Below are positions 1 through 13,008 of a stretch of DNA of 64,000 nt, piece by piece; the stretch's first letter is position 1; the number at the start of each line of letters is the position of its first letter. The position numbers were made by a program, and so were the translations under genes. The notes beneath the pieces were generated by a model. The model saw nothing but the letters and a program-made list of their open reading frames with translations. It ran no database searches and was not told where the DNA came from. The stretch lies in assembly GCF_963921235.1 (NCBI RefSeq), contig NC_086097.1, positions 42,658,001-42,722,000 on the forward strand, given 5' to 3'. The stretch is from Mobula hypostoma (Eukaryota).

Positions 1-94
1 TCAATCCCAAATCCTTCAGTTCCCCAACCTGCCAATTCACCATTCATCTAACCCCCAATATTTGTCCCATTAATCCCTGAAAACACTCAATCCC

Positions 95-1620
95 CTAGGT
101 CCTTATCCTTACCGACTCCCCCATCCTCCAACCTCTGGCCCTAGTACTTCCTGACTCCCCACCCTCCAACCACTGGTCCTGATCCTTACCAACTCCCCAC
201 CCTCCAATCACTGGCCCTGGTACTTCCTGACTCCCCACCCTCCAATCACTGGTCCTGATCTTTACCAACTCCCCACCCTCCAATCACTGGCCCTGGTACT
301 TCCTGACTCCCCACCACCCCCAACCTCTGGCCCTGGTACTTCCTGACTCCCCACCACCCCCAACCTCTGGCCCTGGTACTTCCTGACTCCTCACCCTCCA
401 ATCACTGGTCCTGATCCTTACCAACTCCCCACCCTCCAATCACTGGCCCTGGTACTTCCTAACTCCCTACCCTCCAATCACTGGTCCTTATCCTTACCGA
501 CTGCCCCATCCTCCAACCTCTGGCCCTGGTACTTCCTGACTCCCCACCCTCCAATCACTGGTCCTGATCCTTACCAATCCCCCACTCTCCAATCACTGGC
601 CCTGGTACTTCCTGACTCCCCACCCCTCAATCACTGGCCCTGGTACTTCCTGACTCCCCACCCTCCAATCGCTGGTCCTGATCCTTACCAATCCCCCACT
701 CTCCATTAATGGCCCTGGTACTTCCTGACTCCCCACCCCTCAATCACTGGCCCTGGTACTTCCTGACTCCCCACCCTCCAATCGCTGGTCCTGATCCTTA
801 CCAATCCCCCACTCTCCATTAATGGCCCTGGTACTTCCTGACTCCCCACCCCTCAATCACTGGCCCTGGTACTTCCTGACTCCCCACCCTCCAATCGCTG
901 GTCCTGATCCTTACCAATCCCCCACTCTCCATTAATGGCCCTGGTACTTCCTGACTCCCCACCCCTCAATCACTGGCCCTGGTACTTCCTGACTCCCTAC
1001 CCTCCCATCACTGGTCCTGATCTTTACCAATCCCCCACTCTCCAATCACTAGCCCTGGTACTTCCTGACTCCCCACCCCCAATCACTGGCCCTGGTACTT
1101 CCTGACTCCCCACCCCTCAATCACTGGCCCTGGTACTTCCTGACTCCCCACCCTCCAATCACTGGTCCTGATCTTTACCAATCCCCCACTCTCCAATCAC
1201 TGGCCCTGGTACTTCCTGACTCCCCACCCCTCAATCACTGGCCCTGGTACTTCCTGACTGCCCATCCTCCAATCACTGGTCCTGATCCTTACCGACACCT
1301 CACTCTCCAATCACTGGCCCTGGTACTTCCCGATTCCCCACCCTCCAATCACTGATCCTGATCCTTACCGACTCCCAATCCTTCCAATCGCTGGCCCTGG
1401 TACTTCCTGACTCCCCACCCTCCAATCACTGGCCCTGGTACTTCCTGACTCCCCACCCTCCAATCACTGGTCCTGGTACTTCCTGACTCCCCACCCTCCA
1501 ATCACTGGCCCTGATTCTTACAGACTCCATACCCCCCGACCACTCGCACTGGTCCTTATGGACTCTCCCCACCTTCCAATCACTGACCCTGATCCTTACA
1601 GATTCTTTCCACCTTAGCTA
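95..1620. repeat. C-rich minisatellite, ~38-bp unit, two interleaved unit variants
   Basis: TCCAATCA recurs at 203 and 241 (period 38). Variant A is CCCTCCAATCACTGGCCCTGGTACTTCCTGACTCCCCA; variant B contains GGTCCTGATCCTTACCAA. The array degenerates at both edges. Confidence 0.95.
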
Positions 1621-2624
1621 TCAAGCCTGACCATTTCCATTTTATACAATGACTCCCAAACACAGTCCTTGATCTTTCCAAACTCCTCCACCCCCAGCTC
1701 CTAACTCCAGGCCCAATCCCATCAGATTCAAGACCTCAGCAATATCCTCTAGCTATCAATCCTCCCCCACCTCCTCACAAAACTCCCAAGTCTAAGTTTT
1801 GGGACAATTGAACTTGCAGCTGCAGTGGTGATGGGTGATAGTGTCTTGCTCATATCAAGCTGCAACGCTATTCTATTCAGAGGAAAGGAAGCAAAATACT
1901 TAATTGACATACACTAATATGTCTGCCGATTATTTTTTAACTATTGAACAAAATTCAACAAGGCCATGATTCTTTAATTTTAAATACATGCTGCCTTCAA
2001 TGGCTTTTTGAATCAGTCAACATTAAGTAACAACTCCAAAAGTTTAAGTGTATTTGCAATTTTTACCTTCTAACATCTATTATATATATGATCATTGAGT
2101 GAGTTGCTATGAGACCTGCCACATCTGATTTAAAATTCCTGCCACGACCATACAATATTCGGTTAAATTGATTTTTTAAATCTATTATCATGTCATAATC
2201 AGAGCGAGAAGCTTATCTGTAAATTATGCATGTGATTAAGACCAGGACTGTGACCGGGATGGGGCCTCATCAAGCAGTTGCCTCTCACAGTGCTCAGCTT
2301 CTGCCACATTCTGTGAACAGCCTTTCAAGATGGTTTCCAGCCCATAAGCAGCAGAATATTTCACCCAAGTCCTACTCTCCCTCGGCTGTGCTGTCCTAGT
2401 GGAAGGACTGGCTCATCAGTACACAAATGGGAGGCAACGGTCTCAGGATCTCCATATTAACTTGGTCAATCACTATCAAGGAAACTTCCTGTTGATTACC
2501 TTTTCCACTCTCCTTTAGCTCATGAGTCTGTGCATCAGGGAAGATCATGAGGCACTGGAACACACACAAACTCCAGCATTTTGTGCGTGTTGCTTGGATT
2601 TCCAGCATCTGCAGATTTGTGATG

Positions 2625-3840
2625 AGGCATAGGAGCTGAACTAGGCTGCTCTGCATTTCCATCATGGCTGATTTAGTATCCCACTCAGCTCCATTCTCCT
2701 GCCTTCTCCCCGTAACTTTTAACACCCTTACTAATCAAGAACCTATCAACTTCTGCTTTAAATATACCCAAAGACGTGGCCTCCACAACCGTCTGTGGCA
2801 ATGAATTCCACAGATTCACCACCCTCTGGCTAAAGAACTTCCTCCCCATCTCTGTTCCATATGGATGTCCTACAATTCCGAGGCTGTTCCCTTTGGTCCT
2901 CGACTCCCCCACTGTAGGAAACATCCTCTCCACATCCACTTTGTCTAAGCTTTTCAATATTTGATAGGTTTCAATGAGATCCCCCCCCCCACCCCACCAT
3001 TCTTCTAAACTCTAACAAGTACAGTCCAGAGAAATCAAACACTCTTCATACATTAACCTCTTCATTCCTGGGAATATTCTCGTGAACCTCCTCTGGACCC
3101 GCTCCAACATCAAAACATTCTTTCTTAGACATGGGGCCCAAAACTGCTCACAATATTCAGTGTGGTCTGACAAAGGTCTCATAAATCCTCAGCACTTTTA
3201 CATTATAATCCTCTTGAAATGAATGCATTTTCCTACCTTACCACTGGCTCAACCTGCAAGATTGTGATCCCCCAAATCCCTTTGCACTTCTGATTTTTGA
3301 CTTTCCTTCTGTTTAGAAAATAGTCTATGCCTTTATTCCTTCTGTCTACGTGCATGACTTCATACACTTCCCTACACTATACTCCATCTGGCACTTCTTT
3401 GCCCATTCTCCCAATTTGTCTAAGTCTTTCTGCAGACTCCCTGCTTCATCAACACTATCCGCCCCTTCACCAGTCTTCATACTGACCTCAAACTTGGCCA
3501 CAAAGCCATCAATTCCATCATCCAAATCATTGACCTATAATGTGGAAAGTAGTGGTCCTAACATATTACTAGACACCAGCAGCCAACCAGAAAAGGAGTC
3601 CATTTATTCCCACTCTTTGCATACTGCCAGTCAGCCAATCTTCTATCCATGCTAGTATCTTTCCTGTAATTACCTTGGGCTCTTACCTTGTCAAGCAGCC
3701 TCATGTATGGCAACTTGTCTAAGACCTTCTGAAAATCCAAGTAAACAACATCTACTGACTCTCCTTTGTCTATTTTGCCTGTTATTTCCACAAAGAATTC
3801 CAATGGATTTGTCATTCATGATTTCTCCTTAAAGAAACCA
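2625..3840 (-). mobile_element. CR1/HER1-type LINE, decayed 3' part of ORF2 with internal deletions
   Basis: Minus-strand ORF pieces DKGESVDVVYLDFQKVLDK (RT) and GRKFFSQRVVNLWNSLPQ (CR1 ORF2 C-terminus). Confidence 0.9.
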
Positions 3841-4404
3841 CTAATTGTCAGAACCATTGAGGAAAACAAGAAGACAGAAGACATTCTGTGCAAGGCACTA
3901 CAATGTCTATCATTAAGATTGTTTGGACACCATCAGTGATCAAGCTATGAGGTCTTGGCAGACATTACTTCCACATTAGGTCAAAGCAGTTGACATGGGA
4001 ACCACTTGCATGTGTTCATCTTTGATATCTGACAAGATATTGACACTGAGGACTACTCTCATCATATTGGGTATCACAGATCCAACCACCGAATCAGTGG
4101 TTAAAACTGCACTTCCATGAGATTATATTAATCTCCAGAGTCAGCAGAATTTTATTCTCCTACAGTCTGTAACATTGCGGTTTGACTAAGCCCTGACTCT
4201 TCCAGGCAAGAGAATGAACCCTGGTTCAATGATTAGAGTATGCCAACAATGGAAAGGCATACTTTAAAGTGAGGAACTGATAATGCTCCATCACGGGGTT
4301 ATCTGCTCCCTAAACGATGGAAGAAGCATATTATAGTCAGAACTGAGCCATCCTTCAAACAAAAAAAGGACAAGGTCAAAGATTTGCAGTGATGCCTAGC
4401 AGAA

Positions 4405-4995
4405 AGGGACTGCAGATGCTAGAACCTGGAGTAACAAGCAGTCTGCTGAAGGAACTCAGCTGAGTGACGGGGTGTAAGAAGACAGGCAGGTAGGGTGAGG
4501 TGAGCGGGGGGAGCTGGGGGTCAGTGGCAGGTGGATGAACACAGACAAAGGATGGGAGGGAAAAGAAAAGTGTAACAGGTGGAGAAATGTGGGCAGTGGT
4601 TGAGGGGATTATGAAGATGGGAGGCAGCTGCTGGAGGCAGATACGCAGGAACGCAATGCATTACCAGTGCAGGTTCCAGATTGGAGAAGAGGAGGTGGGT
4701 GGGGGTATGAAGTGGGTGGATGAGCCAAAGGAGGAAAGGGGACAAAGAGGGGTGAAGAACGACTAGGGGTAGGCTAGGAAGGGGGGAGAAACGAGAGGAC
4801 CAGAGGATCAGGAAAAGTTGGGGGGGGGGAGAAAACAGGTGTGGAATGGGAAAACAAAATGGGGTGTTACCTAAAATTGGAATACTGAATATTCATATCA
4901 TTAGGTTGTAGACTACACAGGAAGAATATAAAGTGCTGCTCTTCCAGCTTGCCTTGGGTTTTGTCCTAACAGTAGAGAACTCCAAGGATGGATAA
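4405..4995 (-). mobile_element. Old Penelope-like element 3' fragment
   Basis: Starts with a CTGCAGATGCT..GA tail motif and a purine-rich tract; 4865-4990 resembles the antisense GIY-YIG C-terminus seen in the younger copies. Confidence 0.6.
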
Positions 4996-5074
4996 CAGCA
5001 AAATTTGAACAGTATTTAACTATAGATTCTCTGGTTCACAGCTGACCCTCTTACTTTTGTCAGGCATCCATCAA

Positions 5075-6100
5075 GATCCTTGACATCCTGACCGACAGAC
5101 CACAATCACTAAGGATATGTAAAGACACTCCTGCCATGATTATTCTAAATAATGGTGCATCCTCAGCCCCTTACTCTACTCCCTGTACACTCATGATCGA
5201 GCAGCAGGGGTTCTGCTCTATCTCCATCTTCAAGTTTGCTGATGATACCTCTGTATTGAGCTGTATCTCAAATGACAATGAGTCAGAATACAGGAAGGAG
5301 ATGGAGAGTTTAGTAACATGGTGTCATGACGATATTGTTTCCCTCAATGTCAGCTAAACAAAAGAGTTGGTCATTGACTTCAGGTGCACATGCTGCTGTT
5401 AACATCAACAGTGCTGAGGTTGAGAGAGTTGAGAGCTTTGTTCCTAAGAGTAAACATCATCAACAGCCAGGCCTGCTCCAAGCACGTAGATGTCATAGCC
5501 AAGAAAACTCACCAATGCCTTTACTTCCTCAGGCAGCTAAAGAAATTCAGCATGTCCCTGTCAAAGCTTACCACTTCTTATCTTAACTGGATGCATAATG
5601 GCTTGGTATGCCAACTGTTCTGCACCTGGCATCAAGGATCTGCAGAAAGCTGTGGACATATCACAGCACATCCTGAAAACCAGCTTCCCCTCCATGGTCT
5701 CTGTCTACTTGCCTCTTCAGTAAAGCAGCCAGTGTAGTCAAAGATCCTGCCCACCCCAGACACTGCTCTTCCCCTCTTCTTCTGAGCAGACAGCACAGAA
5801 GCCTGAAAGAGCACAGCACCCCGCTCAAAGATATTTTCTACCCCGCTGTTATAAGACTATTAAATAATTTCCTAGTTGGTATGTTAGACTCTTGAACTCA
5901 CAATCTACCTCTTTATGATTTTGCACCTTATTGTTTACCTGCACTGCATTTTCTCTGCTGCTGCTGCTACACTTTATTATGCATTGCTATTAATTTGTAC
6001 TACCTCAATGCACTGTGTAATGATTTGATCTGCATGAATGCTAGGCAAGACAGGCTTTTTACTGTATCTCTCCACATGTGACAATAATAAACCAATTCCA
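5075..6100 (+). mobile_element. Rex1/Babar-type LINE, decayed RT C-terminus and 3' UTR
   Basis: ORF pieces SIFKFADDTSVLSCISNDNESEYRKE and KKTHQCLYFLRQLKKF; 3' end ACAATAATAAACCAATTCC. Confidence 0.85.
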
Positions 6101-6184
6101 CATCATTCCCTCTGACAGTGATCCATAGTCTCTATGAATAAAATACACTCATTGCTTTTTATTTCTACACAGTCCATTAGAAGT

Positions 6185-6320
6185 ATCCTAAACGAAGGGT
6201 CTCGGCCTGAAACGTCGACTGCGCCTCTTCCTATAGATGCTGCCTGGCCTGCTGCGTTCACCAGCAACTTTGATGTGTGTTGCTTGAATTTCCAGCATCT
6301 GCAGAATTCCTGTTGTTTGC
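6185..6320 (+). mobile_element. Penelope-like element, 3' terminus only (damaged hammerhead motif plus tail)
   Basis: ACGAAGGGTCTCGGCCTGAAACGTCGACT...TGAATTTCCAGCATCTGCAGAATTCCTGTTGTTT, nearly identical to the ends at 16733-16866 and 47331-47464. Confidence 0.85.
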
Positions 6321-6995
6321 AATAAAATAAACAGCTTTGTTTATGATGTGTGCTTTCCTAGTGCCTACTTCCCTGGAGCTTTCCATGCTGATCTACTTCT
6401 GAGGACGACCACACATCCACTGCTAACAGTAAGAAGAGAAGTAGAAGACAGATTAACTCCAGGGTAAGAACATCGTGAACCTGATGTCAGAAAACTTTTC
6501 ACAAAAGTAATAACCTACATGCAGAACAAAATATAAGGCCAGGAAAGGAACAAGGAATCGCTTACTAAACAATTGAGCACAACAATAGCAAGTGCCCCAG
6601 TACTGATCTCAGTGGCATCTCATTAATAACAGACTGCTAGCTTGAAAATGACCCGTTTAGTCCTGTCCTCTGTTTCCTGACATTTCACCAGTTCAATTGA
6701 CTGCAGTGAATTTGTTGGTACATTCTGAAGCGCAAGTCTCATTTATTCGCCAGATAATATTGCTAAAAAAGGATCACCTACTTATTCACCTATTTCTCTT
6801 CCTGAGACCTTTCACTGTAACAAATTAGAATTAGAATAAAGTTTATTATCACTGACATAATGTGGTGAAATTTGCTTTTTGTGACAGCAGTAATAGACAA
6901 TGTATAAAAAATACTATAAGCTACAATAATATAAAAAAAATTAAAAATATAAATATGTAAGCAGGATTTCCTGGTGGCCAACCATTTAATTCCAA

Positions 6996-7903
6996 ACAAC
7001 GCACATCAAAGCTGCTGGTGAACGCAGCAGGCCAGGCAGCATCTCTAGGAAGAGGTACAGTCGACATTTCGGGCCGAGACCCTTCATCAGGACTAACTGA
7101 AGGAAGAGTTAGTAAGAGATTTGAAAGTGGGAGGGGGAGGGGGAGATCCAAAATGATAGGAGAAGACGGGAGGGGGAGGGATGGAGCCAAGAGCTGGACT
7201 GGTGATTGGCAAAAGAGATATGAGAGGATCGTGGGACAGGAGGTCCGGGGAGGAAGACAAGGGGGGGGACCCAGAGGATGGGCAAAGGGTATAGTCAGAG
7301 GGACAGAAGGAGAAAAAGGAGAGTGAGAGAAAGAATGTGTGTATATAAATAAATAACGGATGGTGTATGAGGGGGAGGTGGGGCATTAGCGGAAGTTAGA
7401 GAAGTCAATGTTCATGCCATCAGGTTGGAGGCTACCCAGACGGAATATAAGGTGTTGTTCCTCCAACCTGAGTGTGGCTTCATCTTTACAGTAGAGGAGG
7501 CCATGGACAGACATATCAGAATGGGAATGGGATGTGGAATTAAAATGTGTGGCCACTGGGAGATCTTGTTTTCTCTGGCGGACAGAGCGTAGGTGTTCAG
7601 CAAAGTGGTCTCCCAGTCTGCGTCGGGTCTCACCAATATGTAGAAGGCCACATCGGGAGCACTGGACGCAGTATATCACCCCAGCCGACTCACAGGTGAA
7701 GTGTCGCCTTACCTGGAAGGACTGTCTGGGGCCCTGAATGGTGGTAAAGGAGGAAGTTTAAGGGCATGTGTAGCACTTGATTCGCTTACAAGGATAAGTG
7801 CCAGAAGGGAGATCAGTGGGGAGGGATGGGGGGGGAATGAATGGACATGGGAGTCGCATATGGAGCGATCCCTGCAGAAAGCGGGGGGGGGGAGGGAAAG
7901 ATG
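6996..7903 (-). mobile_element. Penelope-like element, 5'-truncated, encoding the GIY-YIG endonuclease C-terminal region
   Basis: ORF 7386-7679: IYCVQCSRCGLLHIGETRRRLGDHFAEHLRSV...RLEEQHLIFRLGSLQPDGMN (GIY-YIG of PLEs). Confidence 0.9.
7059..7094 (-). ncRNA. Minimal type I hammerhead ribozyme motif (PLE-associated)
   Basis: Minus strand reads AGTC CTGATGA A GGGT CTCG GCCC GAAA TGTC GACT: stem I, CUGANGA, stem II, GAAA, GUC site. Confidence 0.75.
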
Positions 7904-8486
7904 TTAATTCAACCTCACTCTAATTTCCACATGTCAGTATGGCCTCTTCTACTGCCACAGTGAAGTCACTCTCAGGTTGGAGGAGCAATACTTCATATTC
8001 TGTCTTGGTAGCCTCCAACCTGATGGCATGAACATCAATTTCTCGAACTTCTGGTAATTCCACCCCCCCCCCCTTTTTCCATTCCCCATTCTGACTCCCC
8101 TCTTACCTATTCTCTTCTCCTGTCCTCTCCTGTCTATCACCTCCCCTGGTGCCCCTCCTCCTCCTCTTTCTCCCATCAACCACTCTCCTCTTCCATCAAA
8201 TTCCTTCTTCTCCAGCCCTTTACCTTTTCCACATATCACTTCCCAGCTTTTTACTTCATGCCCCCTCTACCACCCACCTGGCTTCACCAATCACCTTCAA
8301 GCTTGTACTCCTTCCCCTCCCCCTTCTGGCTTCTTCCCCTTTCATGTTCAGTCCTGAAAAACGGTCATGACCGAGAAACGGTGGCTGTTTACTCATTTTC
8401 ATAGATGCTGTCTAACCCACTGAGTTCCTCCAGCAGTTTGTGTGTGTTCTCCTGGATTTGCAGCATCTGCAGAATCTCTTGTGTCT
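7904..8486 (+). mobile_element. Older Penelope-like 3' fragment; its upstream piece lies at 6960-6993 and it is split by the younger copy
   Basis: CTCAGGTTGGAGGAGCAA...GGTAGCCTCCAACCTGATGGCATGAAC, pyrimidine tract, degenerate hammerhead near 8350-8385 and tail. TTAATTC occurs at 6986-6992 and 7904-7910. Confidence 0.75.
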
Positions 8487-9439
8487 ATCGAGTGTCTCCA
8501 GGCTCCTCTCTGATTAGAGCATGTCTTGGATAGTAAGCGTCCTTAATGATGGAATCCTTTGTATGGGTCCTAATCAGGGGCTTTAAATCTGTGGTCTTCA
8601 GCTGACTGTTAATTACTTCGGGACATAGTAAAGGTGTGAAATGTACCTTACGAAGTACATTCTTTAAGGATTGCTGAAGATCTATGAGAAAAACCCAAGT
8701 CCACCTTCATGGGATGAGTGGGAACAGAGGCTGAGTACATGATGAATAGAATCAAAACCAGAAAATACTTGGCGTTCTTCAATCTCATTTCTCAAAGTTT
8801 TAAATACAGAACATTCTTTCAACTTCTAGACAGGTGTAAAATATCAGATTGGCTGCCTTTTACACATTCATCCATCAGGAAAATCCCTCAGGACATAAAG
8901 CAGAAGGCTAATTCAATATTGCTGGTCCAATGTCCCTTCTGATACTATAGGCCTTAGGGAAAGCAGATCCTTTAGAAAGGGTCTCCAAATGGAAAATGAA
9001 GCACTGAAATTGTTATCCACAAATCTCATCTATATACTGTGAGATAATTCAAAACTAAATTAACTTGAGAACTCAATGTGTTCTGTTGTAACAGCTTGCA
9101 TGAATCTCACTGAGATGGGGAGCAGGCTCTTGGAATTTATATTTATATATATTGGAGAAGGCAAATGAGAACCTTCAGAGGTGTAAATATAGGTATTACA
9201 GTTACATAAATGTTGATCATTATTAACCAGTTTCAAAGAGCATTCCTTCAGTTCAGATGTGTGGCCATAAAGGTCTGGGCCTAGTTTCCTGAAATGAAAT
9301 GAGAGACTTTGTCCAAAAAAATTCCCTTTGATTGGAAAGGAGATCTTTGTTACCATTTTTTTAAATTAGCGATTCCTTTGTAAAGATGTAGCAGATTAGA
9401 TGTCTGATTCTGTCATAGTGTAAAGGGAGTGTATTGTAG

Positions 9440-9780
9440 GCAGCACATTAGCATAGTGGCTAGTGCAATCGCTGTACAGCGCCATTTATCTCCAGTCGCC
9501 GTTCAGTTCTTGCCACTGTCTGTAAGGAGTTTGTATGTGGCTGCATGAGATTTTTCCAGGTGCTCCCGGTTTCCTCCCACATTCCTAAAGAGGTACGGTT
9601 AGGGTTAGGAAGTTGTGGGCATACTACGTTGGCCCCGGAATCACGGGACATTTTCGGGGTGCCTCCCCCCCACCCCCCAGCACAATCTCGAACTGTGTTG
9701 GTGTTGATACAAAAAAGCACATTTTACTGCACATTTCAATGTCTCAGTGTACGTGATGAATAAAGCTAATCTTTATCAAT
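9440..9780 (+). mobile_element. tRNA-derived V-SINE
   Basis: A-box-like TAGCATAGTGG, V-domain CCAGGTGCTCCCGGTTTCCTCCCACATTCC, LINE-like tail ending AATAAAGCTAATCTT. Confidence 0.75.
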
Positions 9781-10851
9781 CTCAAGTGTAGACTTTAAAT
9801 AAGGTGCAGTGCAAGAGGATGTTATTTTCCAGACAAGCATTAGGAAAGGACAAAGAAAATAAACTTATCATTCTGAAGTGTTTGTGTAATCTTCTCTGTC
9901 AATTCAATTACATTTCTCTTTTTTAAGTGCAAGTGGGAATTAGGTAGTGAATCAGAAGTTATGTGGATATAGCAGTACTGAGAACACTGAAACACCCAAG
10001 GGTTGCTGGTGTAGCAGAGCGATAATGTCATAGCCTCAAACTGTCTGATTCTGTTACATCTTTTAAACATGACAATGAGGGATACTAATGATATGCACCA
10101 TCTCTATCAATTGATACTAATGCAACATTCTCCCACTGTCTGATTCTATGATACCTCCTGGATGTTCTGTCTAATGATATATGCAAAGAAATAAAGATTC
10201 CATGCAAGTCAAAAACCAAACCGAAACATTTATACCAGGGGAGAACTCCATGAAACAGGAACCAACAGAATAATAACCAAATGTGATCCTGCCTCTCAGT
10301 TTATGCCTTGTGGAAATTTATCCTGCAGAGGTTGCGCTGATGTTGTGCACTTCACAATTGGAAAAATAGGAAGCAATAGCATGATGTTGGCATCCATCCA
10401 GCCGGGAATCTTAAGTCTGATAATTAGTTTAATTTGCCAGTAAGCTATATTTTATTTTCAATGTGCATACTAAAACATTCTCACTAATTAACAGTCTTGA
10501 GGTAGTTTGCAAGTTATATCCTTGGCGTTGGTTTAATGGTTCGAACAATGATTGCAACAAATTAGAATAACTTCGATGGATTTAAATTGGCATGTCAGAT
10601 AGTCGTCAAAAATGTCTTTTGCAGGCAGTGACCTGAGGGATTGGGTTTAAAATAGGGGCATAGCTTGAAGGTGAGAGGGGGAAATTTTATAAGAGGTTTA
10701 TGAGGCAATTATTTTTTTAAAAAAACAAGTGCTGCAGAAGCCTGAAAAGTGCTGCCAGGGGAAGTACTAGAAGCAGGTATATTAGCAACATTTAAAAGAT
10801 ACTTACATAGGCTCATGGACAGGCTGGGAATAAAGGGATATAGACTACATA

Positions 10852-11893
10852 TGTTGTGTATTTAATATTTCAGTAATATTTGAATAATATTGTAAAACAA
10901 AAGAGATGATCATTGACTTCAGGAGATCAAAGGACAGAATACACACCCCCCTCCATTTACATGGAGAGGTAGTGGAAAGTGTGGAAAACCTGAAGTTCCT
11001 TGGAGTTATGTTGTCAAAACAGCTGACATGGACCACCAACACCTCACTGCTTGTAAAAAAGGCACAACAAAGACTCTTCTTCAGAAAGCTGGAACAGGCC
11101 AAACTTCCACAAAAGCTGTTGCTTAACTTCGACAGAAGCACAATTGAAACCATCCTGACCAACAGCGCCACAGTGTGGTATGCCAGCTGCACAGCCGCTG
11201 AGTGACAAGACCTGCATCGCGTGCTGAAGGCAGCCCAGCGAATTGTCAGGATGGAGCTCCCAGGACTGGACACCATCTATTCCAGCAGACTCAGGAGGAA
11301 AGCAATCAGCATAACCAGAGACACCACACACCCCGGCCACTCCCTGTTTGACTCGCAGCCGTCCAGCAAAAGGTTCAGGACACTAAAAGCCAGAACAAGT
11401 AGACTGAGGAACAGCTGTGGCCTCCATCACACCACTCCCACAGAACAATGACTGAAACTGTGAGCACACACATCCACACACAAGCACTCAAATACTTGTA
11501 CTAACAGCACTTTGTGCATTACTGTGAAATTCTGGTGCTGTTGCAACTTAATTTCTGCTACTTATCTATTTAATACTGTTCTTCTATTACTGTCTTGTTT
11601 TTATCTACCACTTTATTTAATTGCCTGAGAGGAAGCCAAACAAAGTTTCATTGTACCTACGTATAATGACGATAAAGATCATTCAATTCAATTCAATTCA
11701 ATAAATATATTGTTTGATGCTGACATAATGTATTGCGGGTTATACGTAAAAGTACGTGAATGGTATACATCATCATGGCAATATGTTATATGCGCTCCTC
11801 ACTAAAAGTAAATACACAGTTTACGTGCATCTCTCAGCCTCCCTTCTTTTTGTTTCCAATTAGTTTTATGCTTTGGAGTTACAAAACATAGCA
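10852..11893 (+). mobile_element. Solo LTR related to the Gypsy LTRs at 51511 and 59953, split by a Rex1 insertion
   Basis: Starts TGTTGTGTATTTAATATTTCAGTAATATTTG, resumes at ~11702 with TAAATATATTGTTTGAT and ends GTTACAAAACATAGCA, matching the ends of 51511-51763. Confidence 0.8.
10896..11702 (+). mobile_element. Rex1-type LINE, 5'-truncated, with (ATTCA)n tail
   Basis: ORF MIIDFRRSK...VESVENLKFLGV...KKAQQRLFF; tail ATTCAATTCAATTCAATTCA at 11681-11700. Confidence 0.85.
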
Positions 11894-12094
11894 ACTAATA
11901 GTCAAGCAAACAGAATTTGCTTGGATTAGCATCATGGTCAGAGCCAAAGAGCCTTTTCCTATGTTCCATGTGAATAATTCTATGCCTATTGGCACTACAT
12001 TCTCCTTCTCACTGTCACACAGCACAAAAATAAAAACAATCCACGCACCACATCACCCTATTTCTATTTTATTCCCCCCAGTCCTACCAGACAC

Positions 12095-12290
12095 CCCAGA
12101 TACCCGAACTCACTTGCCCATTAGAGGTCATTGAAAGTGGCCATTTAACATACTGATGTGCACATATTTGGGATATGGGAGGAAACCCAGACAGTCAGAG
12201 GGAGAACATGCAAACTCCACACAGACAGCATAAGAGAGGTCAGAATTGAACCCAGGTCACTGGAGCGGTGAGGCTATAGCTGCGCCACTG
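12095..12290 (-). mobile_element. V-SINE remnant
   Basis: Antisense V-domain GGGATATGGGAGGAAACCC and B-box-like ATTGAACCC. Confidence 0.65.
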
Positions 12291-12479
12291 TGACGTCACT
12301 CTTTTCTGAGAAGGTGACATATTCAGAAGGTTAGTCATCATCAGAGGTAGAGGCAGGTTAGTGTTTCAGATAGGAACTCATGAGCAGCACGTTTACACGT
12401 TATCCTTCTTCAAAAGACGCAAATGCCTAAAAGCCTGAACACCAGGCTCGAGGATAGGTTCTATCCCTTCGTTTAGTGG

Positions 12480-12815
12480 TTTGTTTCGAGATACAGTGTG
12501 GACCAAACCCATCGAGCCATGCTGCCCAGTAACCCACTGATTTAAATCTAGCCTGAGCACAGGACAATTTACAGTGACCAATTGACCTACCAACCGGTAC
12601 GTCTTTGGAATGTGGGAGAAAACCAGAGAACCCGGAGGAAACCCGCGTGGTCACAGCGAGAATGAACAAACCCCTTACAGATGCAAACACGAGGAAATCT
12701 GCAGATGCTGGAAATCCTTACAGACCTCCTTACAGACCTCAGTTCAGAACAGAACTCCAAACTCCAACACCTTCAACTGTAATAGCTTCACGCTAACCAC
12801 TACACTACCGTGGCA
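12480..12815 (-). mobile_element. V-SINE remnant containing a tiny PLE-tail insertion
   Basis: GGAATGTGGGAGAAAACCAGAGAACCCGGAGGAAACCC (antisense V-domain); tRNA head CGCTAACCACTACACTACCG. Confidence 0.7.
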
Positions 12816-13008
12816 CCCAGGTGGCATTGTTATATGATTACTGAATGGCTCCCTAGTACATTAAGATGGATTCTGGACCTCACAGTTGACCTTGTTATGA
12901 TTTTGCACCTTATTTGTCTACCTGCACCACACTTTCTCTGTAGCTGTTACACTTTATTCTGCATTCTGTTATTGTTTTAACTTGTACTACCTCAGAGCAT
13001 TGTATAAT

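Noticed and set aside
95..1620. CRISPR-like array or repetitive coding exon
   Set aside because: There are no unique spacers, and the 38-bp unit is not a multiple of three and yields stops.
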